Shown: positions 1 to 10,793, counted from the first letter of the stretch. The stretch: DNA of 29,119 bases from Macrostomum lignano (GCA_002269645.1 NIVC01000383.1:1-29119); one strand, 5' to 3'. Numbers and translations are program-made. Notes: generated by a model not told the origin, from the letters alone.

Positions 1-575
1 GCCCTTGTAGTTCCTCTCCACGGTGATTTCCGAGTAGCCAGTGTGCTCAAGCAGCTCCTCGTCCTCCTCTTCGATGCTTCTCTGCCGCAGTCGCTCTGCA
101 AAGCCGGCATTCGCAGACGCCCGCCGCCGACACCGCCGCCTCCGAGGCGCAGCATGTCGTTAAAGAAATTGTACAGGTGCAGCTGGCTGGACTCGCGGAG
201 TACTCGATGCTCTGGTAGATCATCCAGCTGGTCTTGGTCTGCGGGCCTCTAGCCGGGCCTTGTAACGCCGGTACCACTTCTGGATGAGCACCGCCGACTG
301 TAGGCTGACTTCGTTTTTCGCCTCCGCCTCCATGTCGTCTGCAGCCGACGCGGGCTGCTGGCCGCCGGCCTCGTTTGTTCTCGTCGAGATGCCGCTTCGG
401 AGGCTGACGGCCGACCGACTTGGCTGAGGTGTCGCATATTTGGGCGACACCGACTCGCTGATGCTGCTGATGGCTCTGCGCTGTCGACTGGGACGTTTTC
501 AAAGATTTTTGCGTCAGTTTCGCGCGGCTGCAGCTTCGGCCACGCGGCTGTTGCAGCGCTCGGCCCGCAGCCCAT
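1..575 (-). pseudogene. PPEF: PPEF/rdgC-family Ser/Thr phosphatase with EF-hands, first coding exon; frameshifted (pseudogene or assembly indels); continues past position 1
   Basis: ATG at 575 gives MGCGPS, matching the PPEF N-terminal MGCxxS acylation motif. Stitching frames gives the IQ motif SAVLIQKWYRRYKARLEARR, then (K)TSWMIYQSIEYS, (G)ESSQLHLYNFFNDML and EEDEELLEHTGYSEITVERNYKG. These match PPEF N-terminal blocks (AVLIQxWYRRY..RLE.RR..W.IFQSIEY..Q..L..FF). Frameshifts are needed between about 575 and 500, and near 238, 195 and 121. Confidence 0.85.
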
Positions 576-642
576 GGCAACTGGGCGGGAGCGACTGGGC
601 TGCACTGGCTTCTGCTGCTGCTCCTGCTGCGAGTGGCAATTT

Positions 643-660
643 CTGGCGAAAAAAAAAGAT
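643..660 (-). promoter_or_regulatory. 3' splice acceptor upstream of the PPEF start codon
   Basis: The - strand reads a T run followed by CGCCAG|AAATTG, with the exon starting at 642, 67 nt before the ATG at 575. Confidence 0.55.
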
Positions 661-935
661 GGATAGAGAAATCAGCTAGGCGAGAGTGACACAGGCGTGT
701 AGAAAGAAGAAGAATGTCCTCAAGCGACTGTCGATTACGCGGGGAAGCTTTGGCCTCTGCTGGTCAGTGCTGGCATGGCTGCTGCATGCCAACTATTGAT
801 ATAGCCTTCTGCAGTTACCAATCTCCTTCCCCCCTACTCTCTTTTTCGTGTGCTCTTGTACCTAGCCAGCGGGACAAAGGCTGGAGGCTAGCAAAATTGA
901 CGGCCTTGTCGCGTGTGGGAGTGAGGTATAAGGAG

Positions 936-955
936 GAGAGAGAGAGAGAGAGAGA
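936..955. repeat. (GA)n microsatellite
   Basis: About 10 GA units seen directly. Confidence 0.9.
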
Positions 956-1475
956 GGCCCCAGTCGAACGCTAAAAGGGGCAAGAACCAATCAACGCATT
1001 CGTCAGTATAGCCCAGGCTCCATCTGTGAGTTCCACAGCTATAATGGGGGTGTGCGGAGCATGCAAGCCAGATGCAGCCGAGCTCACCTATCCGATGAAG
1101 TGGTCACTATAGCTACTGCATTCGATCGATTTACAAATCCCGTATCCCATGAATCAGAGGCCCACTAGACATAGAAATTCCCGTAGATGAGACAACATGG
1201 GGAAAAGGTCCCTTAGTGCCAGTATAGGATATGGGGTGTTGGATTACTCAATATTTCCTAGTTTTTTAACCCATATAGCTCGTCTATTTAGTATTGTTCC
1301 TGAGAAATTCGATATTATCGCCGTACCCTCTTTGTCTGCTCGGATTGATCCCAGAAGGCGGAAATTAATCACATTTGCAAACTAATTCTCTTGTTGTTTG
1401 TGTGCACCTGTACTTTTGGTTATGATTTTTCGATGGGGAAGATGTCTTTTGACATTAAGCCTTCCTGAACAACAA

Positions 1476-1799
1476 GGGACCGTAGCCTAATGATTAGAGC
1501 GTCGGACTTATGACTTGAAGGTCGGGGTTCGATTCCTGATCCCACACGGAACGATATGTGTCCTTGAGCAAGACACTTAACTCTGCATTGCTTCAGCTCA
1601 ACCCGTTGTAAAATGGGTGCCAGCATTAGCTGCGGTAATTGAGGCTGTGTGTGGCAACCTCCTCCCCCCCAGTCCTTGGACTGAACAGCCGTACTCAGCC
1701 TTCAGTTCAGATGCGCGCGCGCAATAGCTGCGGCTGAGCTATCGGTTGCACATCTGGCCCAATTGGGGCAGGTGTAATCAATTATTAATATTATTATTT
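1476..1799 (+). mobile_element. tRNA-derived CORE-SINE, copy 1 (full length)
   Basis: Pol III A box (TAGCCTAATGA) and B box (GGTTCGATTCC). The central TGTGTCCTTGAGCAAGACACTTAAC...TGTAAAATGGG resembles the MIR CORE domain. There is a 3' stem-loop and an (ATT)n tail, and two more copies at 4969 and 23333. Confidence 0.88.
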
Positions 1800-1886
1800 C
1801 CTAAAGTAATAATAATAATAGGAGGAGCTTTCATAAGTATACAGATCTAGGAATTAAAAATGGTTCTATCTTGGCACCAGCCCGTG

Positions 1887-2783
1887 TGTCTTGATGTGAG
1901 CACCCAATGTCTTGATGTGAGCACCCTGATGTCTTGCTGTGAGCACCCAATGTCTTGATGTGAGCACCCTGATGTCTTGATGTGAGCACCCAATGTCTTG
2001 ATGTGAGCACCCAATGTCTTGATGTGAGCACCTTGATGTCTTGATGTGAGCACCCAATGTCTTGCTGTGAGCACCCAATGTCTTGCTGTGAGCACCCAAT
2101 GTCTTGCTGTGAGCACCCAATGTCTTGCTGTGAGCACCCTGATGTCTTGATGTGAGCACCCAATGTCTTGATGTGAGCACCCAATGTCTTGATGTGAGCA
2201 CCTTGATGTCTTGATGTGAGCACCCAATGTCTTGCTGTGAGCACCCAATGTCTTGCTGTGAGCACCCAATGTCTTGCTGTGAGCACCCAATGTCTTGCTG
2301 TGAGCACCCTGATGTCTTGCTGTGAGTACCCTGATGTCTTGCTGTGAGCACCCTGATGTCTTGCTGTGAGTACCCTGATGTCTTGCTGTGAGCACCCTGA
2401 TGTCTTGCTGTGAGCACCCTGATGTCTTGCTGTGAGCACCTTGATGTCTTGCTGTGAGCACCCTGATGTCTTGCTGTGAGCACCCTGATGTCTTGCTGTG
2501 AGTACCCTGATGTCTTGCTGTGAGCACCCTGATGTCTTGCTGTGAGCACCCTGATGTCTTGCTGTGAGCACCTTGATGTCTTGCTGTGAGCACCCTGATG
2601 TCTTGCTGTGAGCACCCTGATGTCTTGCTGTGAGTACCCTGATGTCTTGCTGTGAGCACCCTGATGTCTTGCTGTGAGTACCCTGATGTCTTGCTGTGAG
2701 CACCCTGATGTCTTGCTGTGAGCACCCTGATGTCTTGCTGTGAGCACCTTGATGTCTTGATGTGAACACCCAATGTCTTGATG
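1887..2783. repeat. Minisatellite with 21/22-bp units (TGTCTTGATGTGAGCACCCAA / TGTCTTGCTGTGAGCACCCTGA)
   Basis: About 41 units. The 7-aa and 22-aa periodicities in the ORF track confirm the unit lengths. A 170-bp block is repeated (1991 matches 2161). Confidence 0.97.
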
Positions 2784-3361
2784 CAATATCTCACAGGATC
2801 AAAAAACTTATCGGGAACTCTATGAGTCTATGCTTAGATTCTCAGATAAATTCCAATCCCAAAATGTCAGCATCGCTACAGACTCCGTGATGCAGGTGAA
2901 TCGACTCCAATTTCCTTAATGATCATTTACCCACTGCCTAGGAACTGTTGCCTCTGCTCTGCCTTAGCTGCTCATTAGTTTGATGAGCTGAGAACACCTT
3001 GCAGTTACGGGTCTAAATAAATTCTGCCTGAGCCAGGGCAAGCTCTGATCAAAGGCGGCATCGATCTGTTTATGCTCGTTTGTCCCAGTTTTATGTTTCG
3101 ACTCCTTTATGAGAGAGCCTTCATTGAGTTTGCCAGTTCCAATGCAAGCGATGCATTTATTTTATATCAGAAATTCGATAGCACAGCTGCACTGAGCTAT
3201 CGTCCAAGCTTTTCTAATTTTACATCACTTCGTGTACTTTTACGCTCGGATTGAAGATATATAAGAACACGAAAAGCTTACCAATAGTTTTATTGTCAAC
3301 TTTTCAAACTTTTTGGATGCCGAAAATTGCAGCAATTTCGAAATCTAGGTACGTCAGATAC

Positions 3362-4255
3362 GGAGGTCAAGACAGGGAGGTGAAAACAGGGAAGTGAAGG
3401 CAGGGAGATCAAACCGGGGAGGTCAAAACAGGAAGGTCAAAACAGGGAGGTCAAAACAGGGAGGTCAAGACAGGGAGGTCAAAACAGAGAGGTCAAACAC
3501 AGGGAGGTCAAGCCAGGGAGGTCAAAACAGGGAAGTGAAGGCAGGGAGGTCAAACCGGGGAGGTCAAAACAGGAAGGTCAAAACAGGGAGGTCAAAACAG
3601 GGAGGTCAAGACAGGGAGGTCAAGACAGGGAGGTCAAGACAGGAAAGTCAAGGCAGGGAGGTCAAAACAGGGAGGTCAAAACAGGAGGTCAAAACAGGGA
3701 GGTCATGACGGGGAGGTCAAAACAGGGAGGTCAAGACAGGGAGGTCAAGACAGGGAAGTCAAAACAGGGAAGTGAAGGCAGGGAGGTCAAACCGGGGAGG
3801 TCAAAACAGGAAGGTCAAAACAGGGAGGTCAAAACAGGGAGGTCAAAACAGGGAGCTCGAAACAGGGAGGTCAAGACAGGGAAGTCAAAACGGGTAGGTC
3901 AAGACAGGGAGGTCAAAACAGGGAGGTCATGACGGGGAGGTCAAAACAGAGAGGTCAAGACAGGGAGGTTAAGACAGGGAGGTCAAAACAGGGAGGTCAA
4001 GACAGGGAAGTCAAGGCAGGGAGGTCAAGACAGGGAGGTTAAGCCAGGGAGATCAAAACAGAGAGGTCAAGTCAGGGAGGTCAAGACAAGGAAGTCAAAA
4101 CAGGGAGGTCGAAACAGGGAAGTCAAAACAGGGAGGTCAAAACAGGGAGGTCAATACGGGGAGGTCAAAACGGGGAGGTCAAGACAGGGGGTCAAAACAG
4201 GAAGGTCAAAAAAGGGAGGTCATGACGGGGACTTCAAAGTATGAGGTCAAGGATG
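3362..4255. repeat. Minisatellite with 14-bp unit ACAGGGAGGTCAA(A/G)
   Basis: About 60 units with a 14-aa periodicity in the ORF track. A variant block GAAGTGAAGGCAGGGAG..AAACCGGGG recurs at about 3391, 3531 and 3769. Confidence 0.97.
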
Positions 4256-4666
4256 GATTCAGCAATGCCTAGAACTGCAGCGCATAAGCCTGAGGCATCT
4301 CAGTGAATGAAAGGCGTCTTGTTCGCATAAGACTAGCTGTTGCACGGATTCATTCCCTCTATGTATGGGCAGAAATCGAATTAATTAATTCGCTGGCACG
4401 GACTTAGGCATTCTGAGCACTCATGCCACACTTAAGCCGCGGATGCATTGATAATTGTAAGCGGCCGGAGCTTCCCGCAATGTCCAAATCGGCCTCTCTG
4501 AACTGAAGATCCTGTTTTTCTAATACTAGACCTGTCCGGGGAACACCTGAGCACTGCTCTGCTTTCATGTGAGGGATACGGCCTAGGGCAGAAGCCTCTT
4601 TGCTAAATTGCTTGCATACGAGCTGATTTAGATTGACAATTTCCTGCAAAGGAGCTTGAGGAATTC

Positions 4667-4741
4667 GATGTGGAGTGGACTGGAATTTGAGTTAATAGAT
4701 GTGGAGTGGACTGGAATTTGAGTTAATAGATGTGGAGTGGA
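4667..4741. repeat. 31-bp tandem duplication GATGTGGAGTGGACTGGAATTTGAGTTAATA, about 2.4 copies
   Basis: Exact tandem copies seen directly. Confidence 0.92.
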
Positions 4742-4968
4742 CAGGAGATCGAATGACTTGATAATTTTCTTATACATCGATCGTTCCGAAAACGTATAAT
4801 GTCTGATAGCCAAACGAAGAAGCAGAAGTCAATTGGATATTAACCATCGAAATTGGGCGCATTAATCAAAATTCAAACTTCCTGAATGAATCGTTGAATA
4901 TCACGACTATCGTGTTCAGTGCGGAAAATGGTTTATTAGAGTTCCTATCTGATGCATAGTCCTACAAA

Positions 4969-5284
4969 GGGATGTAGCCTAATGGTTAGAGCGTCCGACT
5001 CACGACTTGAAGGTCGGGGGTTCGATTCTCGATCCCACTCGGAACAATTTGTGTCCTTGAGCAAGACACTTAACTCTGCATTGCTTCAGTTCACCCAGCT
5101 GTAAAATGGGTGGCAGCATTAGCATGGGGTAATTGAGGGTGTGTGTGGCGAGCCCGGTCCTTGGACTGAACAGCCGTACACAGCCTTCAGATGCGCCGCG
5201 CAATAGCTCCGGCTGAGCTGCATCTGGCCTAATTGAGGCAGATGTAATCTATTATTGTTATTATTATTACTATTATATTATATT
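4969..5284 (+). mobile_element. tRNA-derived CORE-SINE, copy 2 (full length)
   Basis: Aligns end to end with copy 1: A box TAGCCTAATGG, B box GGTTCGATTCT, CORE-like body, 3' stem-loop and (ATT)n tail. Confidence 0.88.
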
Positions 5285-5896
5285 CTGACATGTAATTCTG
5301 CAAAGGATGAGGATAAACGCTTTTAGGGTAGGCGCTCTGTAAATATTGTAATTAGAATCGGTGTAAATATTTGAAACCCTCCAACCCAAATCCCCTCCCC
5401 GTGGAGAGAGATTAGTCGAAGATTGGAACCCGAGACGCGCACCGTACTGACGTTGCGCTCGCGGTTGATGAATAACACTTTATGCCAGTTATTCTGAGAG
5501 GCAGGTGGAGCCTCGGTCCCTAATCAGGACACTTGGTCACGCTCGTCCGCGTCCAAACTCTCGCCCTCTCCCTAGCGCCAAAGATTTCTAATGACAGTTC
5601 TATTGACAAGGACTCCGAATACTAAAGTACATATAGTATATGGACTTGTAGGGGCACGAGATCCGAAATCATGATTATAATGCTTTTAATGTAGGATTCG
5701 CCTGTGAAACTTTTCATTGACGAGAAAAGAGTTTATCTAACGCGACTCAAGGATTTGCCTAATGCCCATTTTGAGTGCCCCGAGCAAGCACCCTCGCGCA
5801 CAAGTTACAGGTCGCTCGTACGTACGCAGGTGCACTCACTTGCACAGACAGGATACACAGCAGACCTAACTTTCTCGTGAGGCTGTGCATACACTC

Positions 5897-7690
5897 TGTG
5901 CCTCGACAGCTCTCCCTCATGGGCGTGACTAGCCCATTCCGTGTGCCTCGACAGCTGGCCCTCATGGGCGTGTTAGCCCATTCCGTGCGCCTCGACAGCT
6001 GGCCCTCATGGGCGTGTTAGCCCATTCCGTGTGCCTCGACGGCTCTCGCTCATGGGCGTGACTAGCCCATTCCGTGTGCCTCGACGGCTCTCGCTCATGG
6101 GCGTGACTAGCCCATTCCGTGTGCCTCGACAGCTCTCGGTAATGGGCGTGACTAGCCCATCCGTGTGCCTCGACGGCTGGCCCTCATGGGCGTGAGTAGC
6201 CCATTCCGTGTGTCTTGACAGCTCTCCCTCATGGGCGCGACTAGCCCATTCCGTGTGCCTCGACAGCTGGCCCTCATGGGCGTGTTAGCCCATTCCGTGT
6301 GCCTCGACAGCTGGCCCTCATGGGCGTGACTAGCCCATTCCGTGTGCCTCGACGGCTGGCCCTCATGGGCGTGAGTAGCCCATTCCGTGTGCCTCGACGG
6401 CTCTCGCTCATGGGCGTGACTAGCCCATTCCGTGTGCCTCGACAGCTCTCGGTAATGGGCGTGACTAGCCCATCCGTGTGCCTCGACGGCTGGCCCTCAT
6501 GGGCGTGAGTAGCCCATTCCGTGTGTCTCGACAGCTCTCCCTCATGGGCGCGACTAGCCCATTCCGTGTGCCTCGACGGCTCTCCCTCATGGGCGTGACT
6601 AGCCCATTCCGTGTGCCTCGACGGCTCTCCCTCATGGGCGTGACTAGCCCATTCCGTATACTTCGACGGCTGGCTCTCATGGGCGTGAGTAGCACATTCC
6701 GTGTGCCTCGTCAGCTGGCCCTCATGGGCGTGACTAGCCCATTCCGTGTGCCTCGACGGCTCTCGCTCATGGGCGTGACTAGCCCATTCCGTGTGCCTCG
6801 ACAGCTCTCGGTAATGGGCGTGACTAGCCCATTCCGTGTGCCTCGATGGCTCTCGCTCATGGGCGTGACTAGCCCATTCCGTGTGCCTCGACGGCTCTCG
6901 CTCATGGGCGTGACTAGCCCATTCCGTGTGCCTCGACAGCTCTCGGTAATGGGCGTGACTAGCCCATCCGTGTGCCTCGACGGCTGGCCCTCATGGGCGT
7001 GAGTAGCCCATTCCGTGTGTCTCGACAGCTCTCCCTCATGGGCGCGACTAGCCCATTCCGTGTGCCTCGACGGCTCTCCCTCATGGGCGTGACTAGCCCA
7101 TTCCGTGTGCCTCGACGGCTCTCCCTCATGGGCGTGACTAGCCCATTCCGTATACTTCGACGGCTGGCTCTCATGGGCGTGAGTAGCACATTCCGTGTGC
7201 CTCGTCAGCTGGCCCTCATGGGCGTGACTAGCCCATTCCGTGTGCCTCGACGGCTCTCGCTCATGGGCGTGACTAGCCCATTCCGTGTGCCTCGACAGCT
7301 CTCGGTAATGGGCGTGACTAGCCCATTCCGTGTGCCTCGATGGCTCTCGCTCATGGGCGTGACTAGCCCATTCCGTGTGCCTCGACGGCTCTCGCTCATG
7401 GGCGTGACTAGCCCATTCCGTGTGCCTCGACAGCTCTCGGTAATGGGCGTGACTAGCCCATTACGTGTGCCTCGATGGCTGGCCCTCATGGGCGTGACTA
7501 GCCCATTACGTGTGCCTCGACAGCTCTCCCTCATGGGCGTGATTAGCCCATTCCTTGTGCCTCGACGGCTCTCCCTCATGGGCGTGACTAGCCCATTCCG
7601 TATACTTCGACGGTTGGCCCTCATGGGCGTGACTAGCCCATTCCGTGTGCCTCGACAGCTCTCCCTCATGGGCGTGACTAGCCCATTCTG
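5897..7690. repeat. 45-bp minisatellite (CATTCCGTGTGCCTCGACAGCTGGCCCTCATGGGCGTGACTAGCC) with higher-order repeat
   Basis: About 40 units with a 15-aa periodicity (FRVPRQLALMGVTSP). A 494-bp block is duplicated, seen as ORF pairs 6478/6972, 6465/6959 and 6711/7205. Confidence 0.97.
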
Positions 7691-9111
7691 TGCTCGATCG
7701 AACCTACACGCTCGTAAGCTTAATGTGGTTCTGCGCAGAATTGAACCCACCAGGGACTCAATTCTCAGTTTGCTTTTAATACGAACTAGCAGCAGTAACT
7801 TTTCTTTAAGCTTTTGAAAAGCCTGCTTTTGATCAGAACCTCTAATCTCGAATCTTATCTCAGTCTAGTGATTTGCTTTCCACTCGAAAGCTCAAATTTT
7901 AGCGGCCTTTGAAATAGACGTACATATAGTCCTATAAACGTACCGTTTACAATAAGAAGGGTAGCCTCTGCCCTCTTATCTCTGGGATGTTCTTAAGGAT
8001 GCTCGATACGTTGAAAAGCATGAAAACTATTATTACCCTACCTTTTCTGCATGTGAAGCTGACAAAGTTGTAGCGAGGCGGTTGTTACAAAACAAAACAA
8101 CTGTTGCAGTCGCATCAGTCAGACGTTTCCCGCGATCTTCTTCGGTTGCTTCTTAAATACGCAGTCCCGACAATTGGACGAAGTGTAACTCCCGGTGAGA
8201 AAGATGCTCTGACAGTGAATGACAAAGCTATAGATAGTTAATGATCGAAAATGTCGAGTCGCTCCTTCCAATTAGCCATTGTGCTCGCTACATTCCGTTC
8301 TCTTTCTTTGTGTTTGCATTTCGAAGTCGGCAATTTCGTCATTAGTTTGCTCGCCAAGGACACGCACCTATAGCATAGTTACTAAAATCTAACGATCTAT
8401 AGATTCGGATGGAACAATGGGTGCATTCGAAATGTTTTCTGTAGACATATGAGACAAATGAATTGGCTTGAAAGTCTAAATCTATAAACGGGCGAAGTGT
8501 GCAACTTTCATCGCTCATCATGCTTACCTACTAGGTTCATTATGCATGTCAAAGCAGTGACATTCAGTAGTTATTTTTCAGAGCAGAACATTTAGCCCTA
8601 TTCACCTCGAATCCGTCAGTTTCTTGCCACACTTCTGATGACCTGACTCTCATTCATGGCGCTCTTAAGCCTCATTTTGCATTACTTCGTCGCTTACCTG
8701 CTGTACCTGTTTATAAAGCTCTTATTAACAAGCTGCAACGCTTATACCTCGTATCTTGAGCAATCACGAATCAATCAACTTATCCCGGCCCCCCAATATC
8801 GACTAGCAGATGTGTATTGAATCGGACAAGCAATATGTGAGCAACATTCGCGGCACGCAAGCTTAAGCTTTACAGCAACAGAAACTTTACAGCATTGCCT
8901 TTTTGCCTTCGATGCTTCTTAGTAAATCTGAATAAAGTGATTTGCCCAATCAAAACGTTCCGATAGTAACTACATATCAAATTTCTTCGATGCAGGATGG
9001 ATCCAGTATTTTTTATTGTGGGAGAGGTTTTCATATACTAAAAATGAATTCATTTCTATGTGGGTACATATCGTTGAGCTATGCATGCATATGCTATGTC
9101 TCCATGTCCCC

Positions 9112-9530
9112 CTAAAGCAGGGCATCGTCGAGGCAATCAAAGGTCCTAGGTTCTGAGTGTCACGAATGGTGATGGTGCCCACAGAGCGACGGTGGCGTCA
9201 GAATCTGTCAGGACGACTTCCAAGATCTCAAACGCCTTCGTCACCCCGGAGAAGCAGCAAATCCCCACATTGGACGAAATCACCGAGGGAATGGCCGACG
9301 CCAAGCTGTTCAGCTTTCTTTCACATGCCCGTCCACGAGAGCAGCCATCACCTCTTCGCCTTCAGCATGCGACTTGGACTGATGCGACTGCTGGGTATGC
9401 TGGGTATCCTCATCAGCATCGATGGCGTCTGGAGGGTGCACGACGACGTAGTAAGTGTACGCCTACCGACCTGAAGCAGAACCATTAGAGGCTGGACGCC
9501 TGCCTTCAGTGCCCCGACAGTGTTGTACGC
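9112..9530 (+). mobile_element. Degenerate Ty3/Gypsy LTR-retrotransposon reverse transcriptase fragment
   Basis: Stitched frames give LKQGIVEAIKGPRF*VSRMVMVP / GGVRIC / AFVTPEKQQIPTLDEITEGMADAKLFS / SAFFHMPVHESSHHLFAFS / ISIDGVWRVHDDVV / TDLKQNH*RLDACLQ. These are collinear with the Gypsy RT blocks GIIEPV..W.SP.V.VPK, G..RIC.D, IPT.DE....L..AK.FS, S.F.QIPL.E.S..LT.F, GV..Y.DD and EHD.RL..VL. Stops, frameshifts and internal deletions are present; no LTRs were seen. Confidence 0.8.
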
Positions 9531-10294
9531 AAACAGACCACTTTGATTGCTTTGGTGCTTTTTTGAACTGAAAGCAGAGTAATAGTGCTTTTATCTCCTG
9601 GGGATCTCTCGGGTTTGGGCAGAATCGTAGGCGCCTACTGCCTAGAGCCCGGTGCAGTAGCTTCTTTGGCAATTATTTATAGTCCTGGTGTAAATATATG
9701 CATTATAAATCCAATGAGCTGCAATGCCGGGGTGTTTAGAGTTAGTACGTCGGGGTGTTTACGCTGCAAAAAATACGAATATAAATATAGGTACAGGTAT
9801 ATAGGTATAAGTATTGTAACACGATATATATTTCTCGTGCATTAAATGACTCCAGCCAATACGCGATCACGAGCCATTTAAGCACGATTTTAGTGTTTAA
9901 TGCACGCTTTAACACATTTATATGGTGTTTCAATCTTAAATTCGCAAAGAGCCTTGTGTAGTTTTAGGCTTAATTCATACTGGTATAAGCGTCCATAGCT
10001 CAGCTTTACTCTCTCTACAGCTATCTAAACCAAAAGTCTGTTTCGTACAGCCGCACCCATAGACACTTGTGGGTTACGCGCACTTTTGCTATAGTGTCGC
10101 TGCACTTTCAGAAGCATATAGTGCCTTATTCTGGATGTTTGGTATGTAGATATCTATGGCCTAGAACCGAGTGCTTTTGAAAAAGAAGGTCTTCAATTAT
10201 GCTGCTCATGTAGTAGTTAGAGTTAGTTGTTGTGGAAAAAGCTCGAATTAACAAATTCTAGGAGCTTGATTGAAAACAATCAGCTGAATTCGCA

Positions 10295-10793
10295 ATGCAG
10301 CAGCCAACGCAGCCAACGCAGCCAATACAGCCAATGCCACTTCGTCCAGAGGGCGAGTATCATCACGGCCTATTTAATTGCTTCGAAGAATTCGGCAAGT
10401 GCAGTTTCTCTATACTAGTATATTAAGATCACTTACTCCGCTTGACCTTCTCTGGGTGGTCACTAAGCTGTAGCGTGGTTTATACCACCTGTTCACAAAT
10501 GCATTCCAGGCACATGCATTATCACCTGGTTTCTACCGTGCTACACTCACGGACAAAATGCCAAAGCGGTGAACCAAAGCTGCCCATTGTGCGGCATCGG
10601 GTTTCTTTTCCTCCCAATCTGCCTCGCTGTCTTCATTCGCACCAAAATTCGCGAGCAGCAAAACATTCCGGGCAACATTTGCAAAGACTGTCTGTCATTT
10701 ATTTTCTGCCTGCCGTGCTCTCTAGTGCAGGATGCCAGGGAGACGAAGTACTTCGACCCCAACTACCAGGCGATGAAAATGCAAAGGGAATAA
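10295..10793 (+). CDS. PLAC8/cornifelin-family cysteine-rich protein, 127 aa; exons 10295-10394 and 10510-10793
   Basis: The spliced product is MQQPTQPTQPIQPMPLRPEGEYHHGLFNCFEEFG|TCIITWFLPCYTHGQNAKAVNQSCPLCGIGFLFLPICLAVFIRTKIREQQNIPGNICKDCLSFIFCLPCSLVQDARETKYFDPNYQAMKMQRE. It contains the PLAC8 motifs GLF.CF, PC...GQ.A, R..IR....I.G....DC and C.PC.L.Q..RE. The phase-1 intron is G|GCAAGT...TTCCAG|GC, and there is an in-frame stop upstream of the ATG. Confidence 0.9.

Noticed and set aside
1476-1545. Functional tRNA genes at the SINE heads (also 4969 and 23333)
   Set aside because: The acceptor stem is poor, the anticodon loop differs between copies, and each head continues into the same CORE body.
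1831-2794. Three overlapping ORFs of over 300 aa on the - strand
   Set aside because: They are translations of the 21/22-bp array, which lacks stops in all three frames.
3394-3932. Repetitive ORFs (GRSKQGGQ...)
   Set aside because: They are products of the 14-bp array.
4404-4649. 81-aa minus-strand ORF (MQEIVNL...)
   Set aside because: There is no recognisable motif, convincing splice context or second exon, so I cannot support it as a gene.
5897-7690. CRISPR-like array (palindromic constant part plus variable part)
   Set aside because: The variable segment is only about 12 nt and reuses a few related alleles rather than unique spacers. There are no cas genes and the context is eukaryotic, with spliced genes.
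6299-7817. FRVPRQLALMGVTSP-repeat ORFs of up to 281 aa
   Set aside because: A stop-free 45-bp unit explains them; there is no splice or domain evidence.
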